IMG/VR virus record: IMGVR_UViG_3300042549_005931
Span: 186,001-250,000 of that record
DNA length: 64,000 nucleotides
Strand: one strand, 5' to 3'
Position numbers and translations under genes: made by a program. Below, piece by piece: positions 1 to 10,025 of this stretch. Position 1 is the first letter of the stretch. Each line of letters starts with the position of its first letter. Under the pieces are notes generated by a model. The model was not told the DNA's origin. It ran no database searches and was given only the letters and a program-made list of their open reading frames with translations.

Positions 1-388
1 ATTTTATTTCTTCATTTATTAGAAGATAACTTCTAAATTTTAATTTCTTTGTAACACTATCAATTGATTCACCGAATTTAAATGTTAATCTTTCTTCATC
101 CGAGTCAATATCAAATTTTTCCCATGCTAAAGCAACTACACCATCTACAGCGTCAATAACTCCGAAATAATCGGAGTCTTGAACTAATTCTAACTGTAAA
201 TCTGTGTCTTTTAATAATCCCACGGTATCAACGTATTCAACGTCAGGGGATTTTGATGATACTTCTAAAGAAGCGGGAATTGTAAACCACTCATCCATGT
301 CAATCTCAGTACTTGTACTAAAAATGAACTCATACTGTTTTTGACCCTTATAATCGGAACCAATTTCGTTGACATAGATGAGGTGCAT
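1..388 (-). CDS. hypothetical protein, runs off window edge
   Basis: ATG at 388, open frame MHLIYVNEIGSDYKGQKQYEFIF... continuing to position 1; not in ORF track. Confidence 0.7.
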   Translation of the reverse strand, partial: MHLIYVNEIGSDYKGQKQYEFIFSTSTEIDMDEWFTIPASLEVSSKSPDVEYVDTVGLLKDTDLQLELVQDSDYFGVIDAVDGVVALAWEKFDIDSDEERLTFKFGESIDSVTKKLKFRSYLLINEEIK

Positions 389-391
389 TGT

Positions 392-1594
392 TTACTTAAA
401 ATATTTTGATAATGTTGTGTGAATATTATTGTTAATTTCGTTTTTAATTTCGTCTAAGTCGATTTCAACTTCATCTTCCATAATATCATCATCTTCCATT
501 ATTTCTTCATCTTCCATTATTTCTTCATCTTCCATAGATTCTTCCCCACTTAAACTTGGTGATACGTAATCTGGTTTGAAATCAAACATACTATCATCAA
601 TAGCTTCTTCATCTAAGTCAGCGTAATCATTGATGTTAAATTCGTACATTTCTTCTTCATTATCTAATCCTGATAAATCTTCCTCGTTAAAGTCTGTATA
701 TTCTTCATCAATTGATGAATTAATAAAACTTTCTAAAGCGTCCATTGGATTTGATTCTTCACCTAATTCTTCATCAGCTGCGACAGGCTCTTCTGCAGGT
801 AATTCCTCACCGCCAAGTTCTTCACCCCCAAAATTATCTTCTCCACCCTCAACTGCTCCTTGTTCTTCATCTCTTTCAAATTTTTCTGCAATGTCTTCGA
901 TATCTTCATCGTCTAATTTGTCTAAATCAACTGCGGAAATAATCATATTAAGAATGTACTTAATATCATCACTTTCCATTTTATCTTTAATATCTCTTAA
1001 TTCTTGACCTAATCTACCAGCATGTTTTTGAGCTTCTGACATATAATCAGAACGTTTTCCTTCTGAAGGTGCTTCTTCTTCACCACCCATGTCTTCACCA
1101 CCTTCCACAGGAGGTAATTCAGGTAATGGTTCTTCACCTGCAGGAGACTCACCACCCTCTGCCGGTGGCATTGGAGGTAATGCCTCATCCGCAACTGGTT
1201 CTTCAGGCATTGCAGGTACAGGTGCTGGTGCTTCAGCTTGTGCTGGCTTATCAGTTTTTAAAACATATTTTGTAGCTTCGTTAATTAACTCTTCTTGACC
1301 TTTAATTAATTCAAGACGTTTAACCGCTTCAGCATATGATGAAAACTTATTTTTGTTCTTCATGAACATTCCTCCGATATAGTCAAGAGAATTTTCATTC
1401 AATCCTCTCTTTACATAGTATCCGTCTTTTTCTTTAACGACACCATATACACCACCTGTCTTAGATTCTGCTACAACCTCAGCTTTCGATGTATTTTTTT
1501 TATTATCGGTTTTGTAGTATGCCAATTCAAGGATTCTTTTTAATTTGTCATCCCCATTGAGCTTCTCACTACCAAGTGGTTTTAAATCTGCCAT
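392..1594 (-). CDS. very acidic hypothetical protein (possible head/scaffold-associated)
   Basis: 400-aa ORF, Pro/Glu-rich linker, D/E-rich C-terminus, TATTTATA motif upstream. Confidence 0.6.
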   Translation of the reverse strand: MADLKPLGSEKLNGDDKLKRILELAYYKTDNKKNTSKAEVVAESKTGGVYGVVKEKDGYYVKRGLNENSLDYIGGMFMKNKNKFSSYAEAVKRLELIKGQEELINEATKYVLKTDKPAQAEAPAPVPAMPEEPVADEALPPMPPAEGGESPAGEEPLPELPPVEGGEDMGGEEEAPSEGKRSDYMSEAQKHAGRLGQELRDIKDKMESDDIKYILNMIISAVDLDKLDDEDIEDIAEKFERDEEQGAVEGGEDNFGGEELGGEELPAEEPVAADEELGEESNPMDALESFINSSIDEEYTDFNEEDLSGLDNEEEMYEFNINDYADLDEEAIDDSMFDFKPDYVSPSLSGEESMEDEEIMEDEEIMEDDDIMEDEVEIDLDEIKNEINNNIHTTLSKYFK

Positions 1595-1665
1595 TTTGTA
1601 TATAAATTAGATTAACTTATTCTTATCCTATAAATACATTGTAATACGGAAAAAAATAAGGTTCT

Positions 1666-2424
1666 TTATTGTGTTATGGATAATTTCTTATCCGCAACTT
1701 CACTTTTTAAATTAATTAATTTTTCTATATAACCGTTTCTACGAAGTAATTTGAAGGTTAAATTCTCATATGAGTACTCGCCACCGTCATCTAAACCACT
1801 TTGTCTAAATCTCTTTATCTTATCTTTTAATTCATCAATTTCTTCACTTACATCTTCACCATCCTTACTTTTTGAAATTAAATTGTCTATTTGGGTACCA
1901 TATTCCTCACCTTTTTCAATAATTTTTCTATCATCAATCTTGGGATTTGATTTTTCAGGTTCTACTAACCATTTATCATGTAGTACAGAATATACTCCGG
2001 AAGATAAATGTTTTTCATCCACATCCTGAACATATAGTTCTACATCATATTTTTTAATCTTGATATTATGGTTTTTATTCCAAAGATTTTTTTTAGAATC
2101 AAAAAATTCTTTTAAGATATCTAACTTATAATCTGTCTCTTTGAAATCAATTAAAATGTGTAAATCAACATCTGAATAGTCAGACCAGTTATAGTTGGCT
2201 AATGAACCCGTAAGGATAATGTCGTGTATGAAAAATTCAATACCTAAAAACTCAATAAAATCGTCAGAAATTTCTAATAAACGTTTCTTTATTTCATCAC
2301 GCATAAAAAATTCACCACCCTTTGAATCGAATATGACTCCGGATAGTGAATCTTTTGTTTTGAAAGATTTAACTATTTTCTTATCTGTAGATGTAACCTC
2401 AATTAGTTCTTCAAATAAACTCAT
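1666..2424 (-). CDS. Pol-beta superfamily nucleotidyltransferase
   Basis: GSLANYNWSDYSDVDLH = GS...DxD motif plus third acidic residue in VELYVQD. Confidence 0.75.
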   Translation of the reverse strand: MSLFEELIEVTSTDKKIVKSFKTKDSLSGVIFDSKGGEFFMRDEIKKRLLEISDDFIEFLGIEFFIHDIILTGSLANYNWSDYSDVDLHILIDFKETDYKLDILKEFFDSKKNLWNKNHNIKIKKYDVELYVQDVDEKHLSSGVYSVLHDKWLVEPEKSNPKIDDRKIIEKGEEYGTQIDNLISKSKDGEDVSEEIDELKDKIKRFRQSGLDDGGEYSYENLTFKLLRRNGYIEKLINLKSEVADKKLSITQ

Positions 2425-2666
2425 TTAACTTTTTTGTAGGTATGTTCTTTAGCGATATGTTCGTTAAAGTATTTCCCTTGAGATTCAGCTAACCTTAATT
2501 TGGTAAACTTACTCCAAGGAACTTTATTATATTCATAAATAGCACCGTTTTTAAAAGTTACCAATAAATCTTCATTTTCTGTATTGTAAGAAGCTGAAGT
2601 CAAATTTGTTGAATTGATTTCAATATCAATCAACTTACCATTAATTTTTTCAGATAAAATTGACAT
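2421..2666 (-). CDS. KTSC domain protein
   Basis: SxNLxSASYN...L.V.FKNGAIYEY..VP...AES.GKYFN pattern. Confidence 0.85.
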   Translation of the reverse strand: MSILSEKINGKLIDIEINSTNLTSASYNTENEDLLVTFKNGAIYEYNKVPWSKFTKLRLAESQGKYFNEHIAKEHTYKKVK

Positions 2667-2939
2667 ATATTATTTTTTTTTAGTACAGTGCAAATATAAC
2701 AAAAAATTTTATATTATTTACCTTTTAATTGATTTATTAATTTATCTTTTAATATATCCTTTCTTTGATTACTTTTTTCTACATTACCTGAAAACAAAGG
2801 TTCTGATGTTTTATTGTTTAATCTGTTTTGTAGAATTACATTGGACTCTTCCATATGTTTTCTTTTCATTGATTCTTTGTTCATGATATGAATTTATTAT
2901 AAATACAAATAAAAAACCCCGATTTCTCGGGGTTTCATT

Positions 2940-3305
2940 TTAACTTAAAGAAATCAACCTTTCTGACGATTTCTTTTTATTCTTTGGTAGTATAATCTCC
3001 AATACACCATTCTCAACACTACCTGAAATGTGTTTTTCATCCACATCATCAGGGATATAATAACTTTTTCTAAATGAACTAATGAATGAATACAATTTGT
3101 CGTCAGTCTCTTCTTTTTTATAAGAAATTGTTATCATACCCTCTTTTGTTGATATTGTGAGGTCATCTTTAGTTAATCCTGGTACCGCTAAATGGATTTG
3201 ATAATCCTCATCAGTCTTAGAGATTTTAGTTTGGTTATTGGTTCTCGGAGTTTCAAAAAAACTATCCAAAGTGTTAAATAATGGGTCTTTAAATAATGTA
3301 ATCAT
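2940..3305 (-). CDS. Hsp20 small heat-shock protein
   Basis: AVPGLTKDDL...SFRKSYYIPDDVD...ENGVLEIILPK alpha-crystallin motifs. Confidence 0.9.
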   Translation of the reverse strand: MITLFKDPLFNTLDSFFETPRTNNQTKISKTDEDYQIHLAVPGLTKDDLTISTKEGMITISYKKEETDDKLYSFISSFRKSYYIPDDVDEKHISGSVENGVLEIILPKNKKKSSERLISLS

Positions 3306-3473
3306 AGTTTTAAGTTTTATTAATGGTTTATTTTATATATTATTGACTACTCACTTTACAAATTATAAACCAAATGTCTAAAATTGACATTTAGACATTT
3401 TTTTAGACATTTTGACATTTATTTGGAACTTAGTATGAAATGTGTTATGTTTGTGAAATAAAATATTATAACT

Positions 3474-5495
3474 ATGTCTGTAGAATTCTTCGAAGATGGT
3501 CCAACCATCAATCCAAAGAGAACCAAAAAGGGTTCAAACACACCAATTTTAGATAATTTCTCACGAGATTTAATTAAACTTGCTGAGGAAGGTAAAATTG
3601 ACCCTATTATTGGTAGGGACAAAGAAGTGAAACGAATTGCACAAATTCTATCACGTAAAAAGAAAAACAATGCGGTAATTGTTGGTGATGCCGGTGTGGG
3701 TAAAACCGCTATTGTTGAAAAATTGGCGTTAATGATTCAAAAAGGTGAATGTCCCACAGTATTGTTAGATAAACGTATTATGTCATTGGATTTAACCTCA
3801 TTGGTTGCCGGTACAAAATATCGTGGACAATTTGAGGAAAGAATCAAAGCAATTCTTACCGAATTACAAGACGCACCTAATGTTATTGTCTTTATTGACG
3901 AATTACATACTATGGTTGGTGCCGGTAATGCAAGTGGAGCTATGGATGCTGCAAATATCATGAAACCAGCACTTGCTCGTGGTGAAATGCAATGTATTGG
4001 GGCAACAACATTCGATGAATACAAAAAACATATCGAAAAAGATGGTGCATTATCTCGTAGATTTCAAAAAGTAATACTAAAAGAGCCAAGTCAAGCAGAT
4101 ACAATTGCAATTCTTAAAAATCTACAAAATTCTTACCAAGATTTTCATAAAGTAAATTATGAAGATAATGTTATTGAAACTGTAGTTAAATTAGCCGGTC
4201 GATATATCACCGATAGACAATTTCCTGATAAAGCCATTGACGTTCTTGATGAATTAGGTGCGGAAAAACGAGTTACAAGTCAAATTCCTGAAGTTATTGA
4301 AAAATTAAAGAAGGAAGTTGAGGATATTAAAGAGAAAAAACTTGACGTAGTTAAAAAACAAAATTACGAACAAGCCGCAAAACTTCGTGATGAAGAAAGA
4401 AAGGTTAATGTTAAGTTAGACGAAGAAAAGAAAAAATGGATGGATAGTCAAAAGGATAATAGAATTCCCGTTAGTATTGATGATGTTTATTCTGTAGTTT
4501 CTGAAATGACCGGTGTCCCAATCACCAAATTGGACACAAAAGAGACGGTAAATCTATTAAATATGGAAAAAACCCTATCAGCTAAGGTAATTGGTCAAGA
4601 CGAAGCCATTAGTTCAATCTCTAAAGCCATTAGACGTAATCGTGTTGGTATTAAAGACGCAAATAAACCTATCGGTTCATTCATTTTCTTGGGTTCTACG
4701 GGGGTTGGAAAGACCTTCCTTGCTAAATCCTTAGCTGAGAACCTTTTCGGTGACCCAGATAAGATTATTCGTGTCGATATGAGTGAATATATGGAACGTC
4801 ACAACGTATCTCGTTTAATTGGTTCTCCTCCGGGATATATTGGACATGATGAAGGAGGTCAATTGACTGAAAAAGTGAAAAATAACCCATTTTCTGTGAT
4901 TTTATTTGATGAAATTGAGAAAGCACATAAAGATGTGTTCAATATCTTACTTCAAATCTTAGATGAAGGTCATTTAACCGATTCTTTTGGTCGAAAAGTT
5001 AATTTTACCAACTGTTTAATCATTATGACTTCAAATGTTGGAGCTAAAAAGGTTTCAGAGTTTGGTGGAGGTGTTGGTTTTACCACCTCATCATCAGAAA
5101 CCCAAAAATATGAGGTTAAAAAGTCCATGATTCAAAAATCATTGAAACAACAATTCAATCCAGAGTTCTTAAATCGTATTGATGACATAGTTTTGTTCAA
5201 TTCATTGAATGATGAAACATTAAAACGTATTGTTAATGTAGAATTAGGTAAATTGAACTCGAGATTAATTGAAAAGAGTTATAAAATCACATTCGAACAA
5301 AGTGTTATTGACCAAATCTTTAACCTTAACACCCAAGAAGAATATGGTGCTCGTCCTTTGAAACGTATTATTCAAAATCTTTGTGAAGATTTCTTGAGTG
5401 AACAAATTTTAATGGGTAACATAGTAGAAAACGAAGAAATTTCAATAATTTTTGAAGAAAATGAATTAAAAATTTCTAAAAATAGTGATAAATAA
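3474..5495 (+). CDS. clpC: ClpC-like AAA+ chaperone/protease ATPase lacking the N-terminal Clp-repeat domain
   Basis: two Walker A motifs (GDAGVGKT, GSTGVGKT), KYRGQFEER pore loop, UVR coil QNYEQAAKLRDEE, GVGF loop. Confidence 0.9.
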   Translation: MSVEFFEDGPTINPKRTKKGSNTPILDNFSRDLIKLAEEGKIDPIIGRDKEVKRIAQILSRKKKNNAVIVGDAGVGKTAIVEKLALMIQKGECPTVLLDKRIMSLDLTSLVAGTKYRGQFEERIKAILTELQDAPNVIVFIDELHTMVGAGNASGAMDAANIMKPALARGEMQCIGATTFDEYKKHIEKDGALSRRFQKVILKEPSQADTIAILKNLQNSYQDFHKVNYEDNVIETVVKLAGRYITDRQFPDKAIDVLDELGAEKRVTSQIPEVIEKLKKEVEDIKEKKLDVVKKQNYEQAAKLRDEERKVNVKLDEEKKKWMDSQKDNRIPVSIDDVYSVVSEMTGVPITKLDTKETVNLLNMEKTLSAKVIGQDEAISSISKAIRRNRVGIKDANKPIGSFIFLGSTGVGKTFLAKSLAENLFGDPDKIIRVDMSEYMERHNVSRLIGSPPGYIGHDEGGQLTEKVKNNPFSVILFDEIEKAHKDVFNILLQILDEGHLTDSFGRKVNFTNCLIIMTSNVGAKKVSEFGGGVGFTTSSSETQKYEVKKSMIQKSLKQQFNPEFLNRIDDIVLFNSLNDETLKRIVNVELGKLNSRLIEKSYKITFEQSVIDQIFNLNTQEEYGARPLKRIIQNLCEDFLSEQILMGNIVENEEISIIFEENELKISKNSDK

Positions 5496-5600
5496 TTGAC
5501 TTTTTGAGAAATTATATATATTTATATTCTCATAGGTTCTCTTTGTCGATTACCTTTTCGTTTTTTAAGTAAGTGGAGTTGAATCCACCGAAAGACCTTA

Positions 5601-5629
5601 AAACCCCAGCAACTCGTTGGGGTTTTTTT
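5601..5629 (+). terminator. intrinsic terminator
   Basis: AAACCCCAGC/GTTGGGGTTT hairpin followed by T run. Confidence 0.75.
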
Positions 5630-5676
5630 ATTGGATATTTTGTAGTCTGGTATTTTTTGTGTATATTTAAAAATAT

Positions 5677-5844
5677 ATGAAGAAAATAATTTTAGTTTTT
5701 GCTGTTGGTGTGATGTTCACATTGGCGGCATGTGGTTCAAAGTCTACCACAGAAGGAACAACAGACTCAGTTACAGTTGATACTACTGCAGTATCTGCAA
5801 CAGATTCCACTACAGCTCCTGCTGATAGTTCTGCAACAAAATAA
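5677..5844 (+). CDS. small Ser/Thr-rich lipoprotein
   Basis: MKKIILVFAVGVMFTLAAC lipobox, 55 aa; not in ORF track. Confidence 0.75.
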   Translation: MKKIILVFAVGVMFTLAACGSKSTTEGTTDSVTVDTTAVSATDSTTAPADSSATK

Positions 5845-5880
5845 AAATAGGCCGGTTAATAGCCGGCCATATTTTTTATT

Positions 5881-6462
5881 ATGAAAACACTATTAATATC
5901 ACTTTTTTTATTTTTATTCATTCCTTCAAGGAAGGATGTTAAAATCTTGTTTATAGGAGATAGTCTAACCTGTTATTCAAATGGTTGGCAACATACCGTA
6001 GCAAAAGGTATGGGTATGGGATATGTTAATATTTCAAAGGTCGGTAAAAGAACCGATTGGATGTTAAAAACTTTGGAAAATTATTTAGAAAACGGACCTC
6101 ATCACAATACTTTAATAATATACGGAGGAATTAATGATTCATTTGCCAGAACAAGTGAAATAACTACAATCAATAATATACAATCAATGGTTAACTTAGG
6201 TAACCTATATGAAATGGAAGTTATTGTGATTGTTGGATATGACCCAAATAAAGTTATTAAAAAAACCGTATACACAGACAATGTAACTAAAGTGTGTCGT
6301 GATAGGTATGTCAAATTACAAAACAAAATGCAAGAAAGATTATTGGGATGTAAAATCATACCCATGGATACCACGGTAACATATCAAGATTCAGGAGACG
6401 GTATTCATCTTAAATCCTCAGGACATAAAAAGTTCTCAAGTTGGGTGTTAAAAAATTTATAA
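5881..6462 (+). CDS. SGNH/GDSL hydrolase
   Basis: GDSL, GGIND and DGIH blocks; N-terminal signal. Confidence 0.85.
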   Translation: MKTLLISLFLFLFIPSRKDVKILFIGDSLTCYSNGWQHTVAKGMGMGYVNISKVGKRTDWMLKTLENYLENGPHHNTLIIYGGINDSFARTSEITTINNIQSMVNLGNLYEMEVIVIVGYDPNKVIKKTVYTDNVTKVCRDRYVKLQNKMQERLLGCKIIPMDTTVTYQDSGDGIHLKSSGHKKFSSWVLKNL

Positions 6463-6463
6463 T

Positions 6464-6883
6464 ATGTCAAAGATTAGAATTTATTTAGATGACATTAGAA
6501 CACCTATTGAAGATGGGTGGACCGTTGTTAGAAATTATGAACAATTTGTTAGTACCGTAATGTACAACGGATTGGAAAATATTAATATCATTTCGTTAGA
6601 CCACGATTTAGGAGATACGGCCATGAAAGAATGGCACACTAATGTTTATCATAACTATAAATTAGATTATAATAACATTACCGAAAAAACCGGTATGGAT
6701 TGTGCCAAATGGTTAGTTGAACAATGGATGGACGGTCAACCGGTAGTTGATGTGTTCACACATTCTGCAAACGCTATCGGTAGTGCCAATATCATGGGTT
6801 ACATCAACAATTATAGACACATCAATAGATTACCCCAAAACTGTGTAAGAGTACGTATAGAACATACAACCATAAATTTATAA
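6464..6883 (+). CDS. cyclic-phosphate-processing receiver-like domain protein
   Basis: IYLDDIR, SLDHDLG, HSAN..G motifs. Confidence 0.75.
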   Translation: MSKIRIYLDDIRTPIEDGWTVVRNYEQFVSTVMYNGLENINIISLDHDLGDTAMKEWHTNVYHNYKLDYNNITEKTGMDCAKWLVEQWMDGQPVVDVFTHSANAIGSANIMGYINNYRHINRLPQNCVRVRIEHTTINL

Positions 6884-6885
6884 TA

Positions 6886-7233
6886 ATGGAAACAATGGCA
6901 TATAAAGGAACCACCAAAACCCCATATAGAAAAATGTACATAAAAGGTAAATATGAAGATTTTACCGATTTTTACACTATCAATAAAAGACCAATATATG
7001 AAAATATTATTGAGGTTTTTAAAGGGTTTACCGGTGAAAGTAAAAAAAGAGTATTAACATTGTACATCCAAGCAATAATTCATGGTTTAGAATGGGATAC
7101 TGAATTTAAATTTAATAAATCGGATACCGTCGTTTTATCAAGAGATGTTATACCTTACTTTGAGGAAATAGAAGAATACGAAATTTGTGAGGATGTAAAA
7201 AAATTACACGAAGAGTTGACTACTAAAAAATAA
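6886..7233 (+). CDS. hypothetical protein with C-terminal UVR-like motif
   Basis: ORF ending EEYEICEDVKK. Confidence 0.6.
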   Translation: METMAYKGTTKTPYRKMYIKGKYEDFTDFYTINKRPIYENIIEVFKGFTGESKKRVLTLYIQAIIHGLEWDTEFKFNKSDTVVLSRDVIPYFEEIEEYEICEDVKKLHEELTTKK

Positions 7234-7606
7234 TTACATATATTATTAAAGTATCAGGAGAGAGGTACAATTTCAATCATATTAATTAATTAATATAAAA
7301 ATTCAGAATCCCTACGACTTTTAGTTGTGGGGATTTTTGTTTACTAATAAATAATAATTGTATTATACAAAGAACCTTTTTTAACTTATTAATAAAATCC
7401 TATTTTTCTTTGTTTTTTAATATATTTTTTGTACTTTTACAATAGTTATATTAAAAAAACACAATTATTATGATACAATTAGTATTAATCTTATTTCTTA
7501 TGTGTGGTTCATTAGGTGCCACAATTTCTAAAATGACAACCGAGTATGGTCCTAAAAGACAAAGACAACATACACAACCATTACAGGTTGATAAGGAGGT
7601 AATGTC

Positions 7607-9133
7607 TTAAAGCATCATTCTCGAACCTATCAAGAAGTTACTAAGTACAGGAGTTCCCGGTGCGGTTGAAGCATTAATTTTGTAATTGAAACTGAAACCA
7701 AACCTTTTACTTATTTTAAAATCTACAGAAGTACCCGCCAATATACCAATAGAGTTACCGTAAGATACTTGACCTGTTTTAGTGTTAACACTCATCCCCG
7801 GAGGAATTACAAATATTTGTGGTGATAATGTGAGTTTCTTACTTTGTGGATATGGTTTAGTCCAAAATACAACAGATGAATTACTCAAACTAACATCATA
7901 TCCACCTTTGGTATTTTGTAATAATAATGTAACCAAACCCAAATTATAACCATAAGTTCCCAATTTAGGATTTGGTATAATTTTAGTAAATCCACCCAAA
8001 GCCATTAAACTACCGGATAAATAAGCGGTGGTTAATGAATATGAATTAATAGAGGTTAAAGACCCCTTATCATTTAAATTCATTTTAGTAATACCACCAC
8101 TTAATGCAAATTGTTTAAGATTACTCCAAGTCATTGAATTTAATGAATAACTTTTATCCCCCATCAATGAAGAACGACTCATACCTATTGACAAAATTAC
8201 TGACCATTGGTCACTTGATGTTTGTACGGTTGATAAATCAGAAGCAATTAATAATGGATTTATTGGTGCTTGTTTTGATTCTTTTTTCTTTTCTTCCTTT
8301 TTAGATTCTTTTTTCTCCTCTTTCTTTTCTTCTTTAGATTCTTCCTTCTTTTCTTCTTTTTTAGACTCAGACTTAGATTCTTCTTTCTTTTCCTCAGATT
8401 TACTTTCAGACTTAGATTCTGATTTACTTTCCGATTTAGTTTCACTCTTAGTCTCTGATTTAGTTTCTGATGAAGAACTACTCTTATTGTCAGATGAACT
8501 TGATGATGAACTACTATTATTAGATGAAGATGACGAATTTGAAGATGGTGCAGGTGCCGATGAACTACTTGATGATGAAGCCGATGTCGTTGGTGCTGAT
8601 GGTGTTGGAGGTGGAGTTGCAGCTGATGATGCTGCACTTGAAGCTGAACTACTTGCAGCACTACTAGCTGACGATGAGGCTGCAGAACTTGCGGCAGACG
8701 AGGCGGCACTACTTGCTGCGGATGATGCCGCATTGCTAGCTGCAGAAGAAGCTGCGGAACTTGCTGCCTGAGCCGCGGCTGCACTTGCCGCTTGTGTTGC
8801 TGCTTGTTGGGCCGCGGCAGCTACTGCCTGATTAACCGTTTGTTGAACTGTTTGTTGTACAACCTGATTTGTTGGACAACCGACTGTTGAGTATGTGATG
8901 TATACGGATTGTAACCAAACTTGCATGGCGCCACTTGTTACTTCAGCCGGTGTAAACACCCTCATTTGGTCATAGAAGGAAACATAGGCGTTACCTTTTA
9001 CATAGGTTGTTGTTGCTATTTTTAGTTCCCCACTACACTTATCGATAAACGTTTGTGTAAATGTCTGTGCATCAGCTTTGGAAGCTAGACAAAATATAAA
9101 AAATACACTTAAAAAATTTCTTAACCTTTTCAA
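7607..9133 (-). CDS. secreted protein with Ala/Ser and Lys/Glu low-complexity linker and probable C-terminal beta-barrel
   Basis: signal peptide, SAAS repeats, SESK/EEKK repeats, amphipathic beta-rich C-terminus. Confidence 0.6.
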   Translation of the reverse strand: MKRLRNFLSVFFIFCLASKADAQTFTQTFIDKCSGELKIATTTYVKGNAYVSFYDQMRVFTPAEVTSGAMQVWLQSVYITYSTVGCPTNQVVQQTVQQTVNQAVAAAAQQAATQAASAAAAQAASSAASSAASNAASSAASSAASSAASSAASSSASSAASSSASSAASSAATPPPTPSAPTTSASSSSSSSAPAPSSNSSSSSNNSSSSSSSSDNKSSSSSETKSETKSETKSESKSESKSESKSEEKKEESKSESKKEEKKEESKEEKKEEKKESKKEEKKKESKQAPINPLLIASDLSTVQTSSDQWSVILSIGMSRSSLMGDKSYSLNSMTWSNLKQFALSGGITKMNLNDKGSLTSINSYSLTTAYLSGSLMALGGFTKIIPNPKLGTYGYNLGLVTLLLQNTKGGYDVSLSNSSVVFWTKPYPQSKKLTLSPQIFVIPPGMSVNTKTGQVSYGNSIGILAGTSVDFKISKRFGFSFNYKINASTAPGTPVLSNFLIGSRMML

Positions 9134-9290
9134 TCATTAATATATTACCTTATCTATGTTATTGATAATAGTGTTATTTAATTCCTCATTAAAAAAATGA
9201 GTATAAATCATAACACCATCAAAAATTAACGCACATAAAATGAATGTTAATGTTGCACCCGACAATACTTTATATAATTTTTCCATAATT

Positions 9291-10013
9291 TTATTTTGTA
9301 AAAATACCCTTCTTAATCATTCTATCTAAAATTCTTGCACATGCAATATCAAGGGCTTTCTTTGTTGATATTGAAATTGTTGATTGATTAAACTTAACGG
9401 GGTCAACTGTTGCGTCAGATAATAATGTTAATTCTCTAACTGTTTTAGCTTCACCCAATCCTGATGCACCAAATACAACACCTGTTTCCGCGTCAGTAAA
9501 TCTAACTTGTAGACCTAAACGAGTAACCATCATATTCTTAACACCATCTTTTAAATTAATAGTCTCATCTTCACTTACTGAATAATCATAACATTCAATT
9601 GTTACAAAGTATTTTGCTAAGTTAATTTTACCCCTACCATCTAACTTGTTTTCCGATATACCCGCTTGAGATGCTTGGAATTGTTTTACCATACGATTCT
9701 TAATTTCTGTTTTATCTTCAGTAAATTTAAAACGATTAAGGTTTTCCAAATATTCCATTGAAATATTGGCAACACCAAGACCAACTCTTTTTTCTTTTAA
9801 CTCAGGATACATTTCATACATCTCATCTGAGATACCACATTTTAATATTTGAATAGGGATTTGTGGTCCTTCATAGTCCATGTATTTTGAAATGTCAATT
9901 GCAGTTTCAAATGATGCTTTATATTGTTCCGTCTTTGTGGAACCCACAGTTTGAGAAACCCCCAAAAATGGTAGTAATACTACTGATATTACAATAAAAA
10001 TAAACTTCTTCAT
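9291..10013 (-). CDS. CsgG/HfaB-like secreted protein
   Basis: signal peptide; LGLQVRFTDAETGVV..ASGLGEA resembles CsgG family. Confidence 0.6.
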   Translation of the reverse strand: MKKFIFIVISVVLLPFLGVSQTVGSTKTEQYKASFETAIDISKYMDYEGPQIPIQILKCGISDEMYEMYPELKEKRVGLGVANISMEYLENLNRFKFTEDKTEIKNRMVKQFQASQAGISENKLDGRGKINLAKYFVTIECYDYSVSEDETINLKDGVKNMMVTRLGLQVRFTDAETGVVFGASGLGEAKTVRELTLLSDATVDPVKFNQSTISISTKKALDIACARILDRMIKKGIFTK

Positions 10014-10025
10014 ATTTTTTAAATT

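Noticed and set aside
630-1298. Antisense ORFs over acidic or repetitive genes (also at 8487, 10569, 31787, 59349)
   Set aside because: Opposite-strand shadows of well-supported genes.
8260-8830. Tandem repeats suggesting a CRISPR or VNTR
   Set aside because: Low-complexity coding repeats (SAAS, SESK) of ORF 7607..9133 with no repeat-spacer pattern. No CRISPR array was seen in the window.
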